Below are positions 8,683 to 17,013 of a stretch of 44,573 bases of DNA, piece by piece. Under the pieces are notes generated by a model. That model was not told the DNA's origin and ran no database searches. It saw only the letters and a list, made by a program, of their open reading frames with translations. How positions within the stretch are numbered: the stretch's first letter is position 1; each line of letters opens with the position of its first letter. The position numbers and the translations under genes are program-made. Source of the stretch: a virus; the UHGV virus genome UHGV-0024513; one strand, given 5' to 3'.

Positions 8683-8935
8683 TATGTTCATGAAAGCAAC
8701 GGAAATTATCGTATCGTTTAAGGAGAGCTCTGGGCTTTCTGTCGATGAACTCATGCAGCGTGCTGGTATCAAAAGCCGGACACCATACTACAACATGATT
8801 TCAGGGCGTAAGCCTGTGAGTTTAACCATCATTGACAAAATGCTTCGCGTCTGCGGCTACACGCTCACGCCTACGCCCATATCTGAGGTTGAAACTCCCA
8901 ACGAACCCGAAGAGGTGAATCATGGACTGGACTGA
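8675..8935 (+). CDS. Cro-like HTH protein (start ambiguous: 8675/8684/8690)
   Basis: HTH segment LSVDELMQRAGIKSRTPYYNMISGRKP. It is divergent from the repressor. A putative extended -10 (TGTACAAT) sits just upstream, so the message may be leaderless from 8690. Confidence 0.55.
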   Translation: MYNMFMKATEIIVSFKESSGLSVDELMQRAGIKSRTPYYNMISGRKPVSLTIIDKMLRVCGYTLTPTPISEVETPNEPEEVNHGLD

Positions 8936-9209
8936 TGTCGCCGTGAAGGTGGCCTTCTTCGCCCTCATGGGGTTTATTTTCTGGCTTGACCGTGACTAAC
9001 CCCGCCGCGCATCGCCGGGCCACGGCTTCCGGCGTGGGGTAGTCCTCGGCGCGGTAGCACTTCCAGCGGATGACGCCACAGGACAGGATGCGGACGCGCC
9101 AGACGGGGCCGCGCCGGGTGATGAGCAGGTGAATGGCAGGGGATGACATGAGGCAAGTCTAACTCAACCACCATTCCCGTCATGATGGAAATTTTCAGAG
9201 GTTTTCAAG

Positions 9210-9734
9210 ATGCCCGACTACAAGAACATGAGCGCAAAAGAAGCTCTCAGAGAAGCAAAAGACGCCAGCGGCATGACCGCCGAAGAGATTGCGCGCGGGC
9301 TTGGCATCTCGGCTTCACACATGCGGCGGTATCTCGATGCGGGGGACAGCTATTTTCCGAGCCTCAGCACGATCCCGGCGCTGTGTACGGTAATGCGGAA
9401 CACGATATTGCTCCAATGGCTTGAAGCCCAAACCGCTCCAGAAGCGCCCGTTCCCGTTTCCCCGGCGGAAAGCAGGGCCGATGTGCTCACGTCCGTGGCC
9501 TCGGCGGGCGCAGCCCTCGGAACGGTGCAGGGAATGCTTTCCGGGGTGAAGATCATCCATCCTGCGAATGCCCGCGAGATCCGGTCTGCGCTCGGAGACG
9601 TGATCACGGCCTGCCGTCGGGTGCAAGTACAGCTTCAACCCGTAGCCGCCGCCCGCGACCGTGCGGAATGTCTTGCTTGTGAGCATCCTGAGCCGAAAAG
9701 ATCATGGTGGAAAAAGATCAGGGGAGGAAGATGA
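9210..9734 (+). CDS. CII-like phage regulatory protein (HTH; Phage_CP76-like)
   Basis: HTH segment MTAEEIARGLGISASHMRRYL. It sits just downstream of the cro-like gene. Confidence 0.45.
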   Translation: MPDYKNMSAKEALREAKDASGMTAEEIARGLGISASHMRRYLDAGDSYFPSLSTIPALCTVMRNTILLQWLEAQTAPEAPVPVSPAESRADVLTSVASAGAALGTVQGMLSGVKIIHPANAREIRSALGDVITACRRVQVQLQPVAAARDRAECLACEHPEPKRSWWKKIRGGR

Positions 9735-10132
9735 TGCCTATTTTGATCTGCCAACAGTGCGGTCGGATGTTTGAAGTGAAACGATACTTTGCCGAAACCG
9801 CAAAGTACTGCTCAAAAGAGTGCAAGGATAAGGCCGCACAGACGCGAGGGCCTCAAAAGTGCAAGTGCTGCGGAAAAGAATTTCCAGCGAAAGGGAATGC
9901 AGCTTTTTGCGACAAGGCTTGTGGGTATGCTTTCAGAGCCGGGGTGAGCCGCGAAGAATGGCTTGAAGCTCATCCACAGAGCAATCAGTCAACACTTTTC
10001 AAGCGTAAGTGCCATGACTGCGGGAAGCCCACAAACAACTACAGGTGTTCAGCTTGTTGGGAAAAGCTCCGCAGCGAATCTGAAACGGGTGGTATCCCGG
10101 AATACCAGGTTATGGGGCAGGCATGGGTATAA
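9731..10132 (+). CDS. Cys-rich zinc-ribbon protein (multiple CxxC)
   Basis: GGAGG RBS, with ATGA overlap to the CII-like stop. It has several CxxC pairs. Confidence 0.5.
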   Translation: MMPILICQQCGRMFEVKRYFAETAKYCSKECKDKAAQTRGPQKCKCCGKEFPAKGNAAFCDKACGYAFRAGVSREEWLEAHPQSNQSTLFKRKCHDCGKPTNNYRCSACWEKLRSESETGGIPEYQVMGQAWV

Positions 10133-10390
10133 TAGGCCCGTGCCGCTTGGGTCGGCTTCACCGTGATGGGCGGCGCGTCCTGTGCTTTGCTGACTGGTCG
10201 AAAGAGTACGGAGTCCCGGCGTGGACGTCTCGAAACGGGTTCGTCAAAGACGTGAACTTCTGCCGCCTGTACTGCGAGAAGAGGCCGGATATGTTTTAAG
10301 TAGAACTTAAAGGTTCTAAGGCATAGGCAAAGAAAAGGCCCTCTGCTGGAACAGGGGGCCAAACACCAAAACAATCTCTATGGAAACATT

Positions 10391-11317
10391 ATGATGGAAA
10401 CACAGGAAAAAGTCAACAGTTTCATACTCTATACGGAACAGTGGCCAGCAATTTCCTTGCTGAATGATGTTCAGCGTTCAACCCTCATGCAAGCGATCTT
10501 CGCACTGCATGGTGCATGTACGATGCCTGAGCTTGATGACATGACCAAGGCGATTTTTCTTCTCATGAAGCCACGGTTTGAAGAGAACCGGGAGCGGTAT
10601 GCGACGAAGTGTGAAGCAAACCGGGAAAATGGAAAAAAGGGTGGCCGTCCACGCAAAAACAAAAACCAAACGGTTAATTATGAAAACCCAAAAACCGAAC
10701 GGTTTTTAGACGAAAACCCAAAAACCGAACGGTTTTTAGACGAAAACCCAAAAACCCTTACTGACTCTTATACTGACTCTGATTCTGATCCTGATTTTAA
10801 AACACCCCCACCCCTCACAGAGGGGCAGGGTGGGGGTGAGTCCGCTTTCGCTCACGGGGAAGAAAAGCCCACACCTCGGGAACTCGGAACGAACCCACGG
10901 GCGCAAGGGACCAATCCCCGGCTCACTGGCGATAACCCCCGCGCTCAGGGAACAAATCCCCGGGCGCAGATCGAAACGTCATACCCGGACATGGCCTTTG
11001 TCCAGTTTCTCGACGCCTACGCGCCGGAAAAGAGGGATGAAGGCGCGGCTTGGCAAGCATGGCTTACGCTCTCACGGACAAAACAGCTTCCGGGGCTCCC
11101 CAAGCTGCTTGATGCTGTCACAGCGTGGGAAAACTCTGAGCAGTGGCAGAAAGACAACGGCCAGTACATCCCGCTGGCATCCAACTTTCTCAGCAAGCGG
11201 CGATTTCTCGATACGCCTCCTCAGCGCGCGGCTCCTGCTGACGAGTTTGATCCGGAACGCTTTGCCAAGGCCGCTGAGCAATGGAAAAACAGGTACAAAA
11301 CGACAGAGGGTGCATGA
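10391..11317 (+). CDS. replication initiation (O-like) protein containing internal iterons
   Basis: The N-terminal domain is followed by tandem peptide repeats (ENPKTERFLD x2.5 and GTNPRAQ x4). The underlying DNA repeats mark an origin embedded in the gene. Confidence 0.5.
   Translation: MMETQEKVNSFILYTEQWPAISLLNDVQRSTLMQAIFALHGACTMPELDDMTKAIFLLMKPRFEENRERYATKCEANRENGKKGGRPRKNKNQTVNYENPKTERFLDENPKTERFLDENPKTLTDSYTDSDSDPDFKTPPPLTEGQGGGESAFAHGEEKPTPRELGTNPRAQGTNPRLTGDNPRAQGTNPRAQIETSYPDMAFVQFLDAYAPEKRDEGAAWQAWLTLSRTKQLPGLPKLLDAVTAWENSEQWQKDNGQYIPLASNFLSKRRFLDTPPQRAAPADEFDPERFAKAAEQWKNRYKTTEGA
10655..10760. repeat. AT-rich 30-bp tandem iterons (GAAAACCCAAAAACCGAACGGTTTTTAGAC x2 plus partial/degenerate copies), each with internal palindrome AAAACCG-AA-CGGTTTT
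   Basis: Exact tandem copies at 10682..10741, with a partial copy on each side. Confidence 0.85.
10877..10960. repeat. GC-rich 21-bp tandem repeats x4 (encode GTNPRAQ heptads)
   Basis: Four consecutive 21-bp units with about 80% identity. Confidence 0.7.
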
Positions 11318-11931
11318 TGAACGGAGATACTTTTTTTGGCATGATGAGAAATATTTACGCTGTCTTCAACAAGACTGTCCCTTCCGATTCTTCGCCGTTC
11401 GTCATGTCGGTCTGGGAAAGAGTGAATCATGTCCCGGATGAAGCTGTCCCGTACATCGTGAACCAGATCGCGGACGAGGAGAGAATGCCTCAAAACGTGG
11501 GCCGGGCGATACTCCGGGCATGGGAAAGCTGGCAGGCGAACAATCCCGGGCGCATGGTGCATATCCACTGCGACGTGTGCGGAGGCGATGGGTTTTTCTG
11601 GTGCTGGAAGCAAGACGAGAAGACGGGAAAGTATCAGCACTTTTTGTCTCCCTGCCCGGCGTGTCGGAAAGCTGACTATCCTCTGCCTTCGATGCGTGAG
11701 CTGCGTGAGCGCGGCGTTGTCGTGATGCCTGTCGGCTATACAGGGGGCCCGGTACAGTTTGACCGGGATTCTGAGCTTGGGGCCCTATGGCCTGTGGGTA
11801 CACCAGAAGGATGCGGAAAGAGATTCCTTTCTGCTACGGAAGGGAAAAGGGATATGCGCCTTGATCCGCTCCGCCTCCGGGCCATGAGCGAGGCTGAGAA
11901 GGCTGATGTGGTGGGGGCCCGGTATGCGTAG
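11314..11931 (+). CDS. hypothetical Zn-binding protein (HIHCDVCGGDG...CPACRK), possibly replication-associated
   Basis: Coupled to the O-like stop (ATGATGA). Confidence 0.45.
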   Translation: MMNGDTFFGMMRNIYAVFNKTVPSDSSPFVMSVWERVNHVPDEAVPYIVNQIADEERMPQNVGRAILRAWESWQANNPGRMVHIHCDVCGGDGFFWCWKQDEKTGKYQHFLSPCPACRKADYPLPSMRELRERGVVVMPVGYTGGPVQFDRDSELGALWPVGTPEGCGKRFLSATEGKRDMRLDPLRLRAMSEAEKADVVGARYA

Positions 11932-12208
11932 AGCTGCGCGCGTGGACGACAACCAACGCCAGATCGTGGACGCCCTCCGGCGCGTGGGGTGCTCAGTATG
12001 GTCACTCGCCGGGGTCGGCAAAGGCTTCCCAGATCTCGCTGTGGGGTTCCGGGGCCGCAATCTTTTTCTTGAAGTCAAGGACGGCTCCAAGCCGCCGTGC
12101 AAGCGACGCCTGACGCCGGATGAGGAAGCCTTTCACGCGTCTTGGCGCGGGCATGTCGCCGTGGTCGAAAGCGTCGAGGACGCTCTGAAAATTGTGGGGG
12201 TGATGTGA
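11924..12208 (+). CDS. VRR-NUC-type PD-(D/E)XK nuclease
   Basis: GFPDL ... LEVK motif. The start overlaps the previous stop. Confidence 0.5.
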   Translation: MRRAARVDDNQRQIVDALRRVGCSVWSLAGVGKGFPDLAVGFRGRNLFLEVKDGSKPPCKRRLTPDEEAFHASWRGHVAVVESVEDALKIVGVM

Positions 12209-12438
12209 TGAAAAAAGAGCTTCGTGGGTGGAAGGCGATTAAAGACCACCTGATCATGTGCCGGGAAACAATCATCAAGTACGATTTTCCTGTTTATTCT
12301 GCTCGACGGCATGGCGCGGTGTGGGCTTATGCAGAAGAGCTAGATCTTCACAAGGCCAATCTTGAAAAAAAGTTTTCAGGAGTCGCACAAAACTGCACAG
12401 AATTGCACAAAACTGCACAAAATTGCACATTTTCTTAG
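12208..12438 (+). CDS. hypothetical small protein (76 aa); its 3' end overlaps the TGCACA repeat array
   Basis: TGATG coupling to the previous gene. Confidence 0.35.
   Translation: MKKELRGWKAIKDHLIMCRETIIKYDFPVYSARRHGAVWAYAEELDLHKANLEKKFSGVAQNCTELHKTAQNCTFS
12384..12429. repeat. five CGCACA/TGCACA hexamers spaced exactly 10 bp apart
   Basis: Direct reading: cgcacaaaac tgcacagaat tgcacaaaac tgcacaaaat tgcaca. Confidence 0.85.
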
Positions 12439-12462
12439 TACATTATATCGAAAAATATGATA

Positions 12463-12493
12463 CGCTCCCGGCAAAAGTCAGGAGCGTTTTTTT
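12463..12493 (+). terminator. intrinsic terminator (CGCTCC-loop-GGAGCG + T7) between early/regulatory region and lysis-late genes (tR'-like)
   Basis: Stem followed by a T7 tract on the plus strand. Confidence 0.55.
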
Positions 12494-12895
12494 ATGGTCA
12501 AGTTTCATTTTTCCACCAGATCCCTCCGCAACCTTTCCGGGGTGCACCCGAATCTGATCGCCGTGGTTGGGCTGGCGCTCTCTCAGAGCGTCGTGGACTT
12601 TACCGTGGTGGAAGGGCTGCGGGACATTGAGACACAGCGTCAGAACATCTCCAAGGGCGTCTCTCAGACCATGAACTCCCGTCATCTCAAGCAAGACGAC
12701 GGTTTTGGTCATGCCGTGGATCTCTATCCCTACTTTGACGGCTCAGTACAAGTAGAAGCGCCGGAAGAGGCTTTCCGGGGCATCGCTTACGCTATGCAGT
12801 CCGCCGCCGATACGCTCGGCATCCGCATTACATGGGGCGGCTCTTGGAAGTCTTTCGTCGATATGCCGCACTTTCAGTATGAGGGGGTGAAGTGA
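12494..12895 (+). CDS. endolysin, peptidase M15 (L-Ala-D-Glu peptidase / VanY-like)
   Basis: SRHLKQDDGFGHAVD and DMPHF motifs. N-terminus MVKFHFSTRSLRNLSGVHPNL is typical of Peptidase_M15_3. Confidence 0.75.
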   Translation: MVKFHFSTRSLRNLSGVHPNLIAVVGLALSQSVVDFTVVEGLRDIETQRQNISKGVSQTMNSRHLKQDDGFGHAVDLYPYFDGSVQVEAPEEAFRGIAYAMQSAADTLGIRITWGGSWKSFVDMPHFQYEGVK

Positions 12896-13107
12896 TGACC
12901 ACGACAAAAACCTTTTGGGCGGGGCTTGTAACTGCCCTTGCCGGGCTTCTCAGCATCTTCGGTATCGATGTGTCCGGCGATACGCAAGCCGCTATCGTCA
13001 ACGGCATTTCCGCTATTGCTACGGTGGGGGGTGCGGTTGTCGCCGCCATTTCCGCATGGCGCAATAACCGCAAAAATTCTGATGCCGAAGAAGAAAAGAA
13101 GGCGTGA
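12895..13107 (+). CDS. holin-like membrane protein
   Basis: GAGGGGG RBS with TGATG coupling. Two hydrophobic segments and a charged C-terminus. Confidence 0.5.
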   Translation: MTTTKTFWAGLVTALAGLLSIFGIDVSGDTQAAIVNGISAIATVGGAVVAAISAWRNNRKNSDAEEEKKA

Positions 13108-13337
13108 GCGTGTCCCGTGTCGTTGAAGCTATCGCTATCATCCTCATGTACGGCTACCGCTGGCTTGAAAGGCTGTCTCCGGATCGGGCTCAGGCTTTCC
13201 GCGATTCTCTGCGTGATGACCCTATGCGCGTGCTCATGCAGCAGACCGGGGGCAAGCCTTCCGATACCGTCTACGCCCACTCTGACAAGTCAAAAGATCG
13301 TGGTGCTGGACGGGGTGAGGGGGTGGTGGATCGATGA
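13104..13337 (+). CDS. possible i-spanin-like protein (N-terminal TM), GTG start
   Basis: It follows the holin in the lysis cassette and has an N-terminal TM segment. Confidence 0.3.
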   Translation: MSVSRVVEAIAIILMYGYRWLERLSPDRAQAFRDSLRDDPMRVLMQQTGGKPSDTVYAHSDKSKDRGAGRGEGVVDR

Positions 13338-13395
13338 AAGAGACGCGGCAACGCTGGCGCAATGGATTTATGATGTTGAGCAATCAGGAAGGTGA
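13117..13395 (+). CDS. possible o-spanin-like Pro/Ser/Thr-rich ORF embedded in +1 frame of the previous gene
   Basis: Overlapping +1-frame ORF with Cys residues and a Pro-rich segment that extends past the host gene. The lipobox is imperfect. Confidence 0.25.
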   Translation: MSLKLSLSSSCTATAGLKGCLRIGLRLSAILCVMTLCACSCSRPGASLPIPSTPTLTSQKIVVLDGVRGWWIDERDAATLAQWIYDVEQSGR

Positions 13396-13616
13396 CCATG
13401 GTCGCCGGAACAACTTGTCCCGAGTGTACCGACAAGGAAATCAGGGAGCGTCTTGTGCGTATCGAAACGCTCCTTGCATCTGAACATGAACTGAATATTC
13501 CCGCCCGCGTAGCATCGCTTGAAGCTGAAAGGGATCAAAGGACGGGTGCATACGCAATCCTCGGTCTTATGTGTTCCGCCCTTGGTGCGGTTATCAGCAA
13601 AGTCTTTTGGAACTGA
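13392..13616 (+). CDS. small protein with C-terminal TM segment (74 aa)
   Basis: AGGAAGGTG RBS. Confidence 0.45.
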   Translation: MTMVAGTTCPECTDKEIRERLVRIETLLASEHELNIPARVASLEAERDQRTGAYAILGLMCSALGAVISKVFWN

Positions 13617-13622
13617 AAATTT

Positions 13623-13676
13623 CCTTGGGATAGGCAGGCCAGCCGAAAGGGGGAAGCTACCTCCCCTTTCCCAAGG
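13623..13676. other. interrupted 14-bp inverted repeat / stem-loop (CCTTGG..GAAAGGGG-loop-CCCCTTTCCCAAGG)
   Basis: It lies between the lysis and packaging genes. No T-run follows it. Confidence 0.6.
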
Positions 13677-13708
13677 TTACCGGTAGGCCAAAGGGTAGAT
13701 TGGCATGA

Positions 13709-14122
13709 ATGGATACATACAGCGTTCAAAGGGCGATTTTGCAAACGGAACTTCAACCCACAGACAAGTTAGTGGGCATGGTCCTTGCCCTGCACATGGA
13801 CAGGAAAACCGGGAAGATCAGGGTTCGGCAAAAGACGATAGTAGAGGAATGCGGGGTATCGGACAGGACAGTCAGAAAAGCAATAGCCAACCTCGTAGAC
13901 GCCGCCGTCTTTACGTCTCAGAGGACGGGACGCGCTGCGATACTGATACCGCTCTGGAAAGAGAGTGGAAGAGTGGAGCGGAAGCCAGCTTCCGATCAGA
14001 CCGGAACTCAGGTTCCGCTTTGGGTGCTCGACACGACACTGAGCACGAGGCCGGAAGAAGAGGAAAAACGAGGTCACGCAAGGTTTTTGAGGGAAAAGGC
14101 AAGAAAAAGCTCAAAGCTGTAG
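13709..14122 (+). CDS. winged-helix DNA-binding protein (137 aa)
   Basis: Well-formed HTH segment (TIVEECGVSDRTVRKAIANL). Confidence 0.45.
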   Translation: MDTYSVQRAILQTELQPTDKLVGMVLALHMDRKTGKIRVRQKTIVEECGVSDRTVRKAIANLVDAAVFTSQRTGRAAILIPLWKESGRVERKPASDQTGTQVPLWVLDTTLSTRPEEEEKRGHARFLREKARKSSKL

Positions 14123-14484
14123 CGCGTGAATTCAAGTTAGAACTCACCGCCAAGGCGACTGATTCAGAAAAAGCTTTTGCGGACATTCTGATTAATGCTG
14201 GTATCAAATACAAATTTCAGAATATTTTTAAGATGGGGAATACGTTTTCAATCGTAGATTTTTTCCTCCCCGATTATGCGACAGTCGTTGAAATCGACGG
14301 TGGCTATCATAACACGACTGAACAGTCCGCAAAGGATGAAGCTAGAACGAGGGAATTGCTCAAGCGGCACGTGAACATAGTTCGTGTTGTGCGGTTCAAG
14401 AATGAAGAGCTTTCGCTCGGAACAGATTACGTTTTGAGAAAGATGGCACGGGCAATTATACCGTGGATGAAGTGGGAGTTGTGA
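14020..14484 (+). CDS. DUF559 (Vsr/Mrr-like PD-(D/E)XK) endonuclease domain protein. The start is undefined: it may be a TTG at 14020 or a frameshift fusion to the upstream wHTH ORF.
   Basis: C-terminal segment VDFFLPDYATVVEIDGGYHN...VVRFKNEEL matches DUF559. No ATG or GTG lies near the domain start in this frame. Confidence 0.45.
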   Translation: MGARHDTEHEAGRRGKTRSRKVFEGKGKKKLKAVAREFKLELTAKATDSEKAFADILINAGIKYKFQNIFKMGNTFSIVDFFLPDYATVVEIDGGYHNTTEQSAKDEARTRELLKRHVNIVRVVRFKNEELSLGTDYVLRKMARAIIPWMKWEL

Positions 14485-14486
14485 GC

Positions 14487-14996
14487 ATGGCGTCAAGATT
14501 CGATTGGGAAACCATCCGGGCAGAGTACGAAACCGGGGCTACACAGTCTGAACTCTCTCGAAAGCACGGGTGCAGCCGTACCGCGATTCAGAAAAGGATC
14601 GAGCGTGAAGGATGGGTTCAAGACGTCTCTGACGCCATTGACCGCCTTGCGCAAGCAAAGGTTGCGGGAGTGGTTGCGGGTTGCAACCCTGAAAAAAAGG
14701 CCGCTGCCGTTGAAGCCGCCGCCGATAGGAAAGCCTCAGTAATTCAGGGGCACAGGGATGCTTGGCCTGACATTAAAGCACTGAATCGTCGTGCCATTGC
14801 CGAAAACGATTTTGATCTTGCCAAGCTTGCCAAGATTTCTGCTGAGACTGAACGGCTTATCCAAGACGGTGAGCGCAAGGCGTGGGGTATCGCTGACAAG
14901 GTGGAAGGAGAGCTCCCGGGCGTAGCTGCAGCAGTGCAGTCGGTGAGTGCCGAAATCGCGGGCATGTTGGCAAAAGTAAAGGCGGCACAGGAATGA
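14487..14996 (+). CDS. terS: terminase small subunit (HTH)
   Basis: DWETIRAEYETGATQSELSRKHGCSRTAIQKRIEREGW. It lies immediately upstream of TerL. Confidence 0.65.
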   Translation: MASRFDWETIRAEYETGATQSELSRKHGCSRTAIQKRIEREGWVQDVSDAIDRLAQAKVAGVVAGCNPEKKAAAVEAAADRKASVIQGHRDAWPDIKALNRRAIAENDFDLAKLAKISAETERLIQDGERKAWGIADKVEGELPGVAAAVQSVSAEIAGMLAKVKAAQE

Positions 14997-16507
14997 CACG
15001 GGAAGAAGCGATCGAGGGATATAAAGCTGCCAAGTCTGCGGATGACCTGCGGGCTCTTTGCGCCGGGGATCTCTTCTTCCTGCTCGTCTTCGGGATGAAG
15101 CGCGAGGATATGAATCGGGACTGGCTCTATGAGCGGTGCCGGGAGGTACAGCGGGAACCTGACGGGCATCTCGATCTGTGGAGTCGTGAGCACTACAAGA
15201 GCACAATCATAACTGTCGGGCTGACGATCCAGAACATCCTGAACGATCCTGAACTCACCGTAGGTATTTTCAGTCATACTCGTCCCATTGCCAAGGCGTT
15301 CCTGCGCCAGATCAAGCGCGAGTTTGAGACGAATAGGCTTTTGCAAGAGCTTTTCCCGCATATCTGCCCGCCAGCCAAGGGCGAGACACGTACATGGTCG
15401 GAAGACGGCGGAATCGTCGTCCGGCGCTCCACGAACCCCAAAGAGAACACGATCGAGGCTTGGGGCTTGGTCGATGGACAGCCCACGGGCAAGCACTTCT
15501 CCGTGCTCGTCTATGACGATGTGGTGACGCTTGAGTCTGTGTCAACGCCTGAGCAGATCAAGAAGACGACGGATGCATGGAGGCTGTCGCTCAACCTTGG
15601 CGCACATGGCGGACGGCGGCGCATGATCGGGACGCGGTATCACGCGAACGACACCTACGCGGAGCTGATAAAGCAGAAAAGCGTCAAGGTGCGCCTCCAT
15701 CCGGCTACTGATGACGGGACATTTGAAGGCAATCCCGTGCTCCTTTCCCGTGAAAAGCTTGAAGAGAAGCGCCGGGATATGGGGCCCTTCGTCTTCGCGT
15801 GTCAGATGCTCCAGAACCCGATGGCTGACAAGGCTGATGGCTTCCGTCCTGAATGGCTGCACTACTGGCAAGTACGCCGGGAATTCTGGGAACCGATGAA
15901 CCGCGTTATTTTCGTCGACCCTGCAGGAAGCAAGAAGAAGGGCAGCGACTACTCCGTATTCTGTGTCGTAGGCTGGAATGTTGACCGGAACATTTACCTC
16001 ATCCACGGCGAGCGTGTCCGGGCGAACTTGACTGAGCGGGCCGCTACGCTGTTCCGGCTGGTGCGCGAGTACAACCCCATTTTCGTCGGGTACGAGCGTT
16101 ACGGGATGCAGGCGGACGTCGAGCATATCAGCAACGAAATGGCCCGCGTCAACTACTTCTTCTCGATCCGGGAAATGGGCGGCCAGACGCCGAAAGCCGA
16201 CCGTATCCGACGGTTGATTCCGTGGTTCGAGCAAGGTCGGCTCTTCCTTCCCGTTGAATCATCTTTCCGGGACACGGAAGGGGCGATCCGCAACTTCACA
16301 TCTGAATTCGTGAGCGAAGAGTACGAGACGTTCCCCGTATGTGCGCATGACGACATGCTGGACTGTCTGGCGCGTCTTGCGGAGCCAGATCTTGGCGTGG
16401 GCTTCCCGGAAGCCGTGGACGGCATGAGCGCCGTAGAGCGTGAGCTTGCCCGCATCGCTGAACGCGACCGCGACGACAACGGCCTTTTGTACGGATGGAG
16501 GGGATAA
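14993..16507 (+). CDS. terL: terminase large subunit
   Basis: Deviant Walker A (SREHYKST) and Walker B (VLVYDDVV). The length and position also fit a terminase. Confidence 0.75.
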   Translation: MTREEAIEGYKAAKSADDLRALCAGDLFFLLVFGMKREDMNRDWLYERCREVQREPDGHLDLWSREHYKSTIITVGLTIQNILNDPELTVGIFSHTRPIAKAFLRQIKREFETNRLLQELFPHICPPAKGETRTWSEDGGIVVRRSTNPKENTIEAWGLVDGQPTGKHFSVLVYDDVVTLESVSTPEQIKKTTDAWRLSLNLGAHGGRRRMIGTRYHANDTYAELIKQKSVKVRLHPATDDGTFEGNPVLLSREKLEEKRRDMGPFVFACQMLQNPMADKADGFRPEWLHYWQVRREFWEPMNRVIFVDPAGSKKKGSDYSVFCVVGWNVDRNIYLIHGERVRANLTERAATLFRLVREYNPIFVGYERYGMQADVEHISNEMARVNYFFSIREMGGQTPKADRIRRLIPWFEQGRLFLPVESSFRDTEGAIRNFTSEFVSEEYETFPVCAHDDMLDCLARLAEPDLGVGFPEAVDGMSAVERELARIAERDRDDNGLLYGWRG

Positions 16508-17013
16508 TGGCGTACCGTTTCAGCATAGCCGATACCCCGGAACTTCGCCGCTTGCCGTGGGAGAAGATGGAAGCGGAAGGGCTCACGCGGGCGATTATTT
16601 GGAACCGCTTGCGCCCGACGCTGCTTGACTGGCTGGAACTGGTGTCTCCTTCAACCACGCTCATGGGCTTGGCGTTCGACGATGAGAAGTGCGGAGAGTT
16701 GGCGGGGGCCTTGTGGGTCGTTCCATCCGGGCTGTGCGGGACGGTGCATTTCGTCATCTTCAAGGAGTGGCGTGCTGACAGTGTGCGCCTTGGGCGCGAG
16801 GCTGTGCGCTGGATTTTTGAGACGTGGACGCTTGAAGCCCTGCTTGCGGCGTTCCCGGCTGGCTATCGGCACCTGTGGACGTTCATGGAGGCGCTTGGAT
16901 TCACGCCGTGGCCTGAGCGTCTGCCGAAAGCCTGCAACATGCCCACGGCGGGCAATCCGAAACGCTGCAAAGACATGGCGTTGGCTCTCCTGCGCCGTCA
17001 TGATGTGAGGTGA
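16507..17013 (+). CDS. hypothetical protein (169 aa) between terminase and portal
   Basis: Coupled ORF. Confidence 0.45.
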   Translation: MAYRFSIADTPELRRLPWEKMEAEGLTRAIIWNRLRPTLLDWLELVSPSTTLMGLAFDDEKCGELAGALWVVPSGLCGTVHFVIFKEWRADSVRLGREAVRWIFETWTLEALLAAFPAGYRHLWTFMEALGFTPWPERLPKACNMPTAGNPKRCKDMALALLRRHDVR

